A stretch of 9,625 bases of DNA from Bugula neritina. Taxonomy: Eukaryota > Animalia > Bryozoa. The DNA lies in NCBI GenBank assembly GCA_964035545.1, contig CAXIUT010000019.1:1-9625 (forward strand), read 5' to 3'. Within the stretch, counting starts at the first letter, position 1. The number at the start of each line of letters is the position of its first letter. The translations under genes and the position numbers were made by a program. The notes beneath the pieces were generated by a model. That model saw only the letters and a program-made list of their open reading frames with translations. It ran no database searches and was not told where the DNA came from. Positions 1-8,246 of this stretch are shown in pieces.

Positions 1-65
1 CCCAACCCCAACCCCAACCCCAACCCCAACCCCAACCCCAACCCCAACCCCAACCCCAACCCCAA
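1..65. repeat. Left telomere, (CCCCAA)n, Tetrahymena-type C4A2 repeat
   Basis: Perfect tandem CCCCAA from base 1 to 65, C-rich on the + strand as expected for a left chromosome end. Confidence 0.98.
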
Positions 66-116
66 TTGAAATGATATTCTATACTTCCACAATTATAAAT
101 TAACCTTTAATAATTA

Positions 117-1242
117 ATGAAATTACTCAATAAATTATCTGTCTTTTTTTGTTCATAAAAACAACATAAAACCAAACTAACCAAACTCACATCTCGTAGT
201 CTGCTTGTTATCAACGGACCTGACACTCATAAGTATTAATTTATATACTAAGACTCCTACAAGGTCTCATGACTAATGACATACGCTCACTCAAATCTTT
301 TACTTCAGGTGGAAAACAATATACTAAAAATGCTTTTTTATACTTTGTTTCTGCAAGCAAAAGGGAAAATACTAACTGATGCTTTTATCATTCAACCGAG
401 AATGTATGTTGGCGGTCGACCATAATATTCAAAAGATGAGTTGTGGATTGATCTGCCTAAATAAAATAAAAATTTGTTGAAAAAACATCTTGAAAGAATG
501 ATGTGGAAAAAACAAGTCGACTTGCATGATGTTGAAGAAGGTTAAGAGTAGTACAAACCAACAGTTTATTCTGGCTATGTAAAATTATATTGATAAAGAA
601 TGAAGGGAATAAGAATTAAGAAGGAATGCTGGGAGGATCTGTGGAATTAGAATAGTTCTAGAAGGGTGAAGATGGTTCTTACGCTAACTTAATATACTTT
701 GATCCTAGAGGAAGTAATTTCGGGTTGAGAGTTATATCGATGCAACCTGAATTTTCAGTTGAGGGACATTTTTAGTATCTAGAGGAAAAGAAAAGGAATC
801 TATTGTACTAGAAGTTAGGATAGGTTCCTAGTTAGTATGGACGTAATAGGTTGCCATTCATGTTCAATTATGATTTTATGAATGCAATATCTCTCAAGAA
901 AGGATGTTTTTTGGGTCAGTAAACTGTTTCTAGAGGGTTAATGGCAGGTATAGTCAGAAGAAGATTATTTCCTTTCATCTTATAAAATCAAAACAGTAGT
1001 CTTTAGGCAAACAGTGTTATTAAAACTGAAGAGGGTGAAATAGGAAAAGTTCTTTTTCTGAAAGTGGACAAGGAATGGTTTTAGTTAACTATCTTGGATT
1101 GTTGTAGAAGAAAACCAAATGGCCTATTGCTTTTGTGACTCCTCAAGCTGGACAAATCATCAATCCTTTTGGAGAACTTCTGGAGAAGTATTATTAATAG
1201 ATGAAAGGCAAACAGAAGATCATGGAAGATCTTTAACTTTGA
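117..1242 (+). CDS. IBA57: IBA57/CAF17 (YgfZ family) mitochondrial Fe-S assembly factor, about 361 aa; introns 233-252 and 579-598; apparent +1 indel near 334-339 and -1 indel near 1053-1057
   Basis: With TAR=Glu: MKLLNKLS...SRSLLVINGPDTHK/LLQGLMTNDI...TLFLQAKGKILTDAFI...FDPRGSNFGLR...LPFMFNYDFMNAISLKKGCFLGQE(TAA 920-922)TVSRGLMAGIVRRRLFP. KGC[YF]xGQE is the YgfZ/IBA57 signature. TGA at 1240-1242 is reached after correcting the second indel. Confidence 0.9.
233..252 (+). other. Spliceosomal intron, 20 nt
   Basis: gtattaatttatatactaag; removal joins GPDTHK to the conserved LLQGLMTND. Confidence 0.9.
579..598 (+). other. Spliceosomal intron, 20 nt
   Basis: gtaaaattatattgataaag; contains an in-frame TGA, and removal restores the frame leading to DPR and KGCFLGQE. 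Confidence 0.85.
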
Positions 1243-1434
1243 TTATGTTATATTAAAGTATATTGCTCATAAATACCTGATAAATATTGTAGAAATATCA
1301 CAAGATTACCTCTCCTATTCATTATATCAAACACTTTATAAATAAAATCTATTCATAAAATCAAATCATAAAATATATTTCATGATATATTAAGCAAAAA
1401 TCAGATAATATGACGGATTAGTTAAATTTTATCA

Positions 1435-2742
1435 ATGTTTAAAAAATCAACAACTCCCAGATATCGTACTTCTATTATCTAACCTCTCCTTAAGATCATA
1501 ACTCTCACACTTCTGTCCATTTTCCTTCTTGTCTTCATGACTCAATCCTCTCCAGAAACCATCCGCAAGTATTTGAATTCATATCCAGCAACATCATATT
1601 CGGATTGGTCGTTTTCGCTATGATCGGCAATGTCTTCATGCCCAGAGGACCAATATAAGGTGCATTCGTTGTGGTTTGGCGATCAGTAACTGGTTTGAGT
1701 CTTTACTACCTCTTAGGTCTGATTTTCATGTTTTTCCACGTAAGTTTCCTTTTATTTAGACCCAACAGTAATCAAAAAATCTTATCTCTACTTACATCGA
1801 TCCTTCTCTATCATTTCTCAACTATGAATAAAGTTCATATGCTGAATAATGTACCTTAACAAGCACAAAACTCTACAACTCCTTCTTTGACTTTTTTGCC
1901 TTTAGTCATTTCGCAGGTTGGTTCTGCAAAACCTTGATATGTCGTGATGCTAAGTTACTTGTTTTCTCATCAATTGCTTTTGAAATGATTGAATATTCGT
2001 TAAGAAATGTGTTGAATAACTTTAAATAGTGTTGGTGGGATCATGTATTTACAGATATTCTTGGTTGTAATTTATTTGGTATGATTCTTGGTTTTTACTT
2101 CATTGATTTGGTCAAAATGGACAGATATCGATGGAGTTTGAGAACAGCACCATTGCAATATTCACACTGGACCATACTTAAAAACTTCATCAAGACTTGG
2201 GATCTAACACCAATATAAACAAAAACTTTCACATCATTAAAAAGATTCTTAAAAATGATGTTTCTTGTCATTTTAGTATTTTTTTAACTAATATAGTTCC
2301 AATTAAACGATTTAACTCTCTTCTTCATAAAATATCTAATGCAAATACCTCCAAATCATTTCATTTGCACATCTAGGGTAGCTATCATGGGTTGTCTAAG
2401 TTTAAATGCAGTAAAATAATACTATGACTTCATGCAATCTAAAAGCAAATCTCCAAAAACTAACATCACTCTCCTTGGCGCCATCATTTCTCTATAAGTG
2501 TTGCTGATTATTTACCAAGGACAAAGTAATATTGATATTATTCAGATCAATTTAACCATGCCTACATTGATCCTCTCGGACATGTTTTTCTAATAACTTT
2601 GTTGGTTGGATTTTTGATAGTTTTAGGAAAGATAGCTGTGAGTGATATCATTCGTGGAGTCAAAAAAATACAAGGATGCATTGAATAAAACAGAAAGATT
2701 TCAGAAAGAATGTAGAATGCCAAGATGATAAGATAGTTATGA
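1435..2742 (+). CDS. PTDSS: Phosphatidylserine synthase, base-exchange type (PTDSS1/2, PSS family), about 408 aa, multi-pass membrane protein; introns 1569-1588, 1740-1759, 2276-2296, 2526-2545
   Basis: MFKKSTT...IITLTLLSIFLLVF...PRGP...WRSVTGLSLYYLLGLIF...IDPSL...SYAEEC...DFFAFSHFAGWFCKTLICRD...SIAFEMIEYSL...NNFKE(TAG 2027-2029)CWWDHVFTDILGCN...FFIKYLMQIPPNH...KEYYDF. NFxECWWD is a PSS hallmark. The last ~25 codons are less certain (A7 run at 2662-2668). Confidence 0.93.
1569..1588 (+). other. Spliceosomal intron, 20 nt
   Basis: gtatttgaattcatatccag; joins the ATG-1435 frame (first TM helix) to the conserved PSS frame. Confidence 0.8.
1740..1759 (+). other. Spliceosomal intron, 20 nt
   Basis: gtaagtttccttttatttag; required to reach the IDPSL...ECWWD frame. 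Confidence 0.92.
2276..2296 (+). other. Spliceosomal intron, 21 nt (in frame, no TGA)
   Basis: gtatttttttaactaatatag; fits the GTA...AYNNAG consensus, but the frame does not force it. Confidence 0.72.
2526..2545 (+). other. Spliceosomal intron, 20 nt
   Basis: gtaatattgatattattcag; removal gives the final TM helix HVFLITLLVGFLIVLG. Confidence 0.85.
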
Positions 2743-2834
2743 TTTTTATTTGATATTTTATGACAATTATGGCAAAAAGTAAATAGTCAAACAATCAATA
2801 GACAATGGGGAATACTATTCTCGAGAATCACTCT

Positions 2835-3382
2835 TCATCTTCTCCTTCTATCTCTCCTTGAAGATTCAGAACTTGAAGAACTTGAACTAGAAGAAGATGA
2901 CGATGAACTGTACTTTCTTTTCCTGTGCTTCTCAATCTTTCTCGATTTTCTGTTGAATTAACATATCAATACCTCTTGTTTCTTGATGAATCAGAACTAG
3001 AAGAACTGGATGCACTTCTTCTTCTCAATATAATTATTCATTACCTTCTCGAATTAGGACAGTTCTTTTGCCTATGTGTATTTTAAATTTACCAATGTCC
3101 TTTCTTTCCGCATGATCGACAGACATCTTCATTTTTCGGTCCTCTTTCTCTTGATAGTTCGACTCTTAGTCTGTTTCCTTCGTAATCTTCTCCATTCATT
3201 TTTCTTGTTGCTTCAACAGCTCCAGAATGATCTTTGAAGACCTCTATAGTATAGAACAATACAACAAATGCAAAATCTCTCACCATTCTTACGTCACTGA
3301 TCGCACCATAAACTCCAAAAAGAGTTTATAGATCTCTTTATCCTGCTTTTTTTGGGAATCCTCGGACATAGACAGAAGTCAT
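2835..3382 (-). CDS. SR-family splicing factor (RRM + CCHC zinc knuckle + R/S-rich tail; SRSF7/RSZ-like), about 153 aa; introns 3242-3262, 3072-3092, 3024-3044, 2950-2972
   Basis: MTSVYVRGFPKKAGERDLETLFGVYGAISDVRMVRDFAFV/VFKD...AVEATRKMNGEDYEGNRLRVELSR...CRSCGKKGHW/QKNCP...RRRSASSSSSSDSSR...RRDRRRR-TGA. RNP2 and RNP1 are recognisable; CX2CX4HX4C forms only after splicing. Confidence 0.9.
2950..2972 (-). other. Spliceosomal intron, 23 nt
   Basis: gtattgatatgttaattcaacag; contains an in-frame TGA and restores the R/S frame. Confidence 0.85.
3024..3044 (-). other. Spliceosomal intron, 21 nt, GAG acceptor
   Basis: gtaatgaataattatattgag; in-frame TGA forces splicing. An alternative AAG acceptor 3 nt downstream is possible. 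Confidence 0.8.
3072..3092 (-). other. Spliceosomal intron, 21 nt (in frame, no TGA)
   Basis: gtaaatttaaaatacacatag; removal restores the HX4C spacing of the zinc knuckle. Confidence 0.88.
3242..3262 (-). other. Spliceosomal intron, 21 nt, GAG acceptor (in frame, no TGA)
   Basis: gtattgttctatactatagag; removal restores the RNP1-like RDFAFVVF. Confidence 0.72.
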
Positions 3383-3408
3383 GTTTGATTATAAAAGATA
3401 TATACAAA

Positions 3409-4371
3409 TCATTTCAACTTTTTAGGTTATGGAGATTCCTAGTCAATGACATAACTTTCCACTTAATCCCCAAATTTACGTAACTCATCTGAAAACTATA
3501 CACTACCTACATGTTTGCCTCTTTGAAGTTTTTTCGGTTGAGATTAATGAAATTTCCAAGCAATAAATTTACTCATTGCAAAAGTTGCAGTCACTGATTA
3601 ATCTTTTTGATATTGCCCATGATAGAGTGCACTTGCAGCTAGCAGTAAATCTTTGAATACACCTTTTCTTCTTCCTCTTAAGAAACCTGTCTCACCCATT
3701 TCTTGTAGCAAAACAAGCAAATCAACAAAAGATTCAAATTGAACTTATTACTAGTGTTGAAGAATGGTGATTAGTTCATAGTTGGAACTGGTAAGAAAAG
3801 ATCCTGTTTATCCAAGTGATGGAAATGGAAATATCTTTGGACTCATACCTCCACAACGCTAATTCTACGCCAATATATATGCCCAGTATAATTACTTCAA
3901 TGTTCCCTAGACAAAAGATGTTCCAACAAGTGCTCCATCAGGTTGAAGACTTCTCAAATATTTTCTATAAAGATCTTACTAGCTGTTACAATGATGATTT
4001 TGTAAAGAAGAGATCAACAAATCATAGCTATTTTAATCTGGCACCCAGTTATCAGGACCAGATATATATCTCATTTATTTGACACCATTTTTACCAACCA
4101 ATTATTCTTTTTTTTGAGCTCTTATGTAATCAACTAAAGTTATATTGTATTAATTTTTTCCATATTTTTTGTTATGTTATTCTAAGAAAGGCAAAATTAG
4201 TTATGGATGTTATCCTGTGATGCAAATATTGGTGAAAGGACGTTTGACATCCATGATCATGTCTTGGATTTGATTAGAAGATAGAGAAGAAAGTGCTAAT
4301 TGTACAGGATTTGATGTAGATAGACGAGATTGATGCAATTTTAATAACTATGTTACTATTTTTCTTTTCAT
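3409..4371 (-). CDS. NDUFAF5: NDUFAF5-like SAM-methyltransferase-fold complex I assembly factor (arginine hydroxylase family), 320 aa, intronless
   Basis: ...DVKRPF...ENSYDLLISSLQNHHCN...SLQPDGALVGTSFVEGTLKELYWAYILAENERCGGMSPKIFPF...LLQEMGE...DLLLAASALY...VTATFAMSKFIAWKFHESQPKKLQRG. This follows the NDUFAF5 motif series (LKPDG, TLxEL, AExERxGGxSP, MGE, ATF, WK...SQPKPxxRG). TGA at 3409-3411. Confidence 0.88.
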
Positions 4372-4505
4372 TGTTATTTATAATCTAACTTTTATAATAT
4401 TCAGAAATTGGTATTACTCATGAGTAAAGAATTGGTTAGTATCTTGATGATGATTTAAAATGGTTGCTAGCTCATATTATCATAGTTCAAATTTATTGAA
4501 TTGAA

Positions 4506-6010
4506 TCATTTCATCAAAACCTCAATATCTTCTATAACTATCTTTCCACTATTTTCAACTTTTTTATCTTCACTCAATGCAAATTGAACAAACCCTTTAG
4601 CCATATCAAGAGCTGCCTCTCCCTGGTCCATAGGTATCAAATGCCCTCCATCATTAATCATTCTTAATTCCAACTTACCCACCCTCTTATAAAACCCCTT
4701 AACTGAATCTCTAATTTTCCAAGGAGTCAATAAAGTATTTCTATATAACAAAAAAACTACTTGAAATTATCTCCATCCATAAGATGTAAATTCTAAACCC
4801 AAGCCAAAGTACCAGGAGTATTACATATTATATCATTCTGACCAGTATAAATCAACATCTTGGTTTTGTAATTTTGAAGAATACGGTTCACTGCATCAAC
4901 TTCACTTTTCATAAAATCTTAATACAATGCCTCAAACACATTGGCAGCTTGATGACCATACTTTACCTTAGGATTGAGGTTGAATAAATTGATAGTTTAA
5001 GTGCTATCGAAATAGGTATTCAATATCTACATAGGATAATCTTTGTATTTAGTCATATCGTAGACATTCACTCCACCTGTCACATCAACTATCGAATCCA
5101 GAACTTAGTAGAAAGATACCTGGAGATCTCTCCATCGCTAGTTTATATTTTGATAGGTTGCATTTTGTATCACTTATTCGATTTTGCTTCTTTCTTGGTA
5201 ATCAAGTAATCCAAAATTATATGCATATTAGCCCATCTTTGTCAATGTACTAAATGGGTTAGTAAATCCATCGCCAATAGCTACTCCTTTTAGTCCAGTC
5301 AAAAAACCACCAGCTGAGGCTTCAGATAAAATCTTATCACCAATAACTGGAGCATATTTACCACCGTAGCTTTATCCAAATACAAAAAGTGGATTAGAAC
5401 CTTTGAAATTGAGATGCTGGAAACATCCATTAGGTGATTGATAGAGTTATTTCAGTGCGTGATAGAAATCTGCAGCCATTTATTTCATATTAGTCACATA
5501 TACGTTTGGTTGGGCTGGGTCAGCGTAAGATAGACCTGTGCCGACAGGTTGATCAATAAAAAGAACATTGTATTCAGTTGTCCAGGCAAATTAATTCCGA
5601 GTTATCTAGTAGGGATATACTTTGCTGGGATTAACTCTGAATGGTCCAAGTTACATAAAGTTACCAATCTGACTGGATGACCCTGGTCCTCCATTCAACC
5701 AGATAATAGTTGGTACATTGACTACTTGATTTCTTGCTACATTTTCTTTCCCAAAGAAAATAAAAGTCAAAGCTGAGTTTCCTTTTCCTACATCAAGGGA
5801 ACCTGACATGACAGTTCCATTATACATATAAGGAGCCCGCGTGAGATTGATATCATGACATTGTGTCTAAAATGTTAGCTGGTAGTCAGAAAAGTCATGG
5901 AGCTTGTTGTCAGTGACATCAAAGCCACGGTTTAGCCAATATTTAGGGGATTGGAATATGGCAAGAGTCACTGAAAAGAGAAGAAGAAGGGATATGATGA
6001 GTTTTGACAT
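4506..6010 (-). CDS. Serine carboxypeptidase, peptidase family S10, secreted/lysosomal, about 494 aa; intron 4741-4760
   Basis: Signal peptide MSKLIISLLLLFSVTLA; WLNGGPGSSSQIGNFMELGP; NVLFIDQPVGTGLSY; catalytic Ser in FGE(TAA 5372-5374)SYGGKY; GVAIGDG; catalytic Asp in YTGQNDIICN; catalytic His in DGGHLIPMDQ. Confidence 0.96.
4741..4760 (-). other. Spliceosomal intron, 20 nt
   Basis: gtagtttttttgttatatag; required to join the catalytic-Asp exon to the catalytic-His exon. Confidence 0.92.
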
Positions 6011-6171
6011 GATATTTTAATGAATGAATTATCTACTAGATCAATTAATGAATAAATGAATAGATATTTAATTGATAATTCAGATTATTTGGAAATTAAC
6101 AAAAATAGTAATAATTGACCTTCTTAGGCTATCTCAATCGAATATCAATTATAAAAATATCTTTATACATA

Positions 6172-6461
6172 ATGTCAAAACGCAATAAATCAAAATCAAA
6201 GCAACCTCAAGTCGAACAACCATAATAACATGACCCATCCCAGTACTTTTGTATTTGATTCAGACACCGACTCAACTGCATGCATCGTTTCATTCAAGAC
6301 AAAAACTCACTGAAAGGCTAAGATCTGAAAAACTTCCTCAAAGTATAAATTTGTTAATTTAGGAAATAAGTGAACCTCATGTCAAAGGAAGTTTTTCAGT
6401 AAGTGAAACAAAAATAGTGGAATATTATGATAAAATTGATTCAAAGAAAAAAGAAGAATGA
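6172..6461 (+). CDS. Small hypothetical charged protein, about 82 aa; introns 6243-6263 and 6343-6362
   Basis: ATG after an AT-rich leader; MSKRNKSKSKQPQVEQPEEHDPSQ/HRLNCMHRFIQDKNSLKGEDLKNFLK/EISEPHVKGSFSVSETKIVEYYDKIDSKKKEE-TGA. Two consensus tiny introns support expression. No family recognised. Confidence 0.7.
6243..6263 (+). other. Spliceosomal intron, 21 nt
   Basis: gtacttttgtatttgattcag; contains an in-frame TGA and fits the consensus. Confidence 0.75.
6343..6362 (+). other. Spliceosomal intron, 20 nt
   Basis: gtataaatttgttaatttag; fits the consensus. Confidence 0.75.
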
Positions 6462-6609
6462 TACTATTGTTTAGAATTGAGTTATTTACATTTATTAAAG
6501 ACAATCAAAAGATGAATCTTTATCATTTTTTCTTAATAAAGTTAGTTATGGAGTATTATTTCTTATTTATCAAGTCAGAAATATCAATGACTCTTTTAAA
6601 ATATCATTT

Positions 6610-8177
6610 TCATTCTCTATTTTTCCCAAAATACCCTGTTCCACTCCTACTTTGCCTATTTATCCATCTTTTTCCATTCTTACCAGCTCTTTCTGAAGGA
6701 TATTCACCTTCTCTAACCATATTAACACTTCCAATCTGTAAATTCAGGTTCAAATTGACCACATTATTCCTGCCTTATTGTTTAATTTTGCCTAATTTAG
6801 CAAACAAAGACTCTTCTAATCCAATATTAGTAAAAGACTAAGTAAATTATTTGTGTTTTGATTGAAGTTCTTTATCTGATGTTTTGTAGGAATGGACTTT
6901 ATGACGTAATGGAAGATCTGTTTTGATATTTTTTACACTTGTTTTGTTCGATTTTATCTTGAAGATGTTACTTGGCTGTTTATATGGTTAGGGTTCATGT
7001 TGAGATAAATCAGTATAACATCTTTTAGATAGTTTTTTTGTTACTAATCTTGATTTGGTACTTTTTTGTGGTTGTTGAGATTGAACTGATTGTTTTTGTT
7101 AGATTTTAAAAGAATCACTATTGCTGAAGTTATCTACCTTCAACTAAAAGCATTGTTCTATATCTGATTGCTATGTTTTGGAAACAGCTCTCTTTCTCGG
7201 TTGAATTCTGATCTATCTCTTTTTGGTTTCCTTTTCATGAGCTAACTATCCTCCTCTTTTTTAGGTTATTTATGATTCTTGGGAACAACATCGCTATCGA
7301 ATAAACTATCTCAATCTTCCTTCCATTGTTTTCAACTTTCTACTATTATCAGTTTTCTCAACTTTATCTCCATTACTATTTCCAATTAGAATAATCTATT
7401 ATTGTTAATTTTACTATTCCAAGAAGAAGTTATCTATTTCTATACATGGAGTTCTATGAACAGGTTAAATGTATTATACAGTTGAATTGAAGGTTACTTT
7501 TGATGGTAAAGATTTTTATTGCTATTTTCTGTAACTTAAACCCTGATAATTTGGCATATTTCTCTTTTAACTATTTACTAACGTGTTTCTAACCATTTAC
7601 TAATGTTATTGTTGCCATTCTTTATTAAAAGTTTCTTGTAATCTTCTCATTTATTTGTTATTAACCAACTTCTTCAACATAGTAACATACTTATTCTCAA
7701 TTTTTATCTAACATTTACTTTACACCATCTACACAACATCATCTATACTCCATGCGAATCTTCCAATAAAATAAGCACAAACTACTATCATACTCTTACT
7801 ATCCACTTCCTTACTAACAATCATTACTCCTTCACACTTATCTTCCATACAATTTTCAATATTCTTGATAATATTTATCAGTTTTTTTGGACTTGTTGAG
7901 TCTACATCTCCTTTTTTATTGCTCAAAAAATACTACAAATTAGTAACTTGATTGTTTGGTTTAACACTTTGAGGTTGGGCATTGATAACCAGTCCTATCT
8001 TATTATTGTTGATGAATTATTAATCCTATATTGAGGTAGAGATACGCTGGCTCCATGATTATTTGAGAGGAAGAGACCGTCAATGAGTTTGATTGTGATT
8101 AACTATGTATTGGAAGTTGGAGGTTCAGAGTAGTATGCGGGTGATATTGTTATTGGGTAGATCGAAGGAGTGAACAT
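6610..8177 (-). CDS. Dual-specificity-phosphatase-like protein with degenerate active site and long low-complexity C-terminus, about 515 aa; intron 8026-8045
   Basis: IKLIDGLFLSNNHGAS/DEEFINNNKIGLVINA...IENCMEDKCEGVMIVSKEVDSKSMIVVCAYFIGRFAWSIDDVVEMV follows DSP fold order (GLFLG, ITHIIN, VLVHCxxGxSRS, AYLM). The frame stays open to TGA at 6610-6612. Confidence 0.82.
8026..8045 (-). other. Spliceosomal intron, 20 nt
   Basis: gtatctctacctcaatatag; joins the GLFLS exon to the DEEFI frame. Confidence 0.87.
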
Positions 8178-8246
8178 GTTTATATTTATTATTATTAACA
8201 AGTTAAGAAGGAATCAAATAACTTTCCCTTAAATCTAATTGATTTA

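Noticed and set aside
66-70. TTGAA next to the left telomere, resembling the Euplotes chromosome-breakage core
   Set aside because: It abuts the telomere rather than lying at the Euplotes offset, has no counterpart at the right end, and the telomere type and code differ.
1671-1859. Supplied 62-aa ORF, and the 65/81/65-aa - strand ORFs, as standalone genes
   Set aside because: They are fragments of larger spliced genes, cut by treating TAA/TAG as stops and ignoring introns.
3816-4082. Supplied + strand 88-aa ORF
   Set aside because: Antisense shadow of the NDUFAF5-like gene, which has clear family motifs on the - strand.
117-4371. Functional clustering of two mitochondrial Fe-S/complex I assembly genes (IBA57, NDUFAF5)
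   Set aside because: They are separated by unrelated genes on opposite strands; two of eight is compatible with chance.
6399-6417. Possible extra 19-nt intron gtaagtgaaacaaaaatag
   Set aside because: Shorter than all 14 supported introns, lacks the pyrimidine at -5, and is not required by the frame; cannot be fully excluded.
6458-6841. Supplied + strand 127-aa hydrophobic ORF
   Set aside because: Antisense to the purine-rich 3' end of the DSP-like gene plus AT-rich spacer; the hydrophobicity is a compositional artefact.
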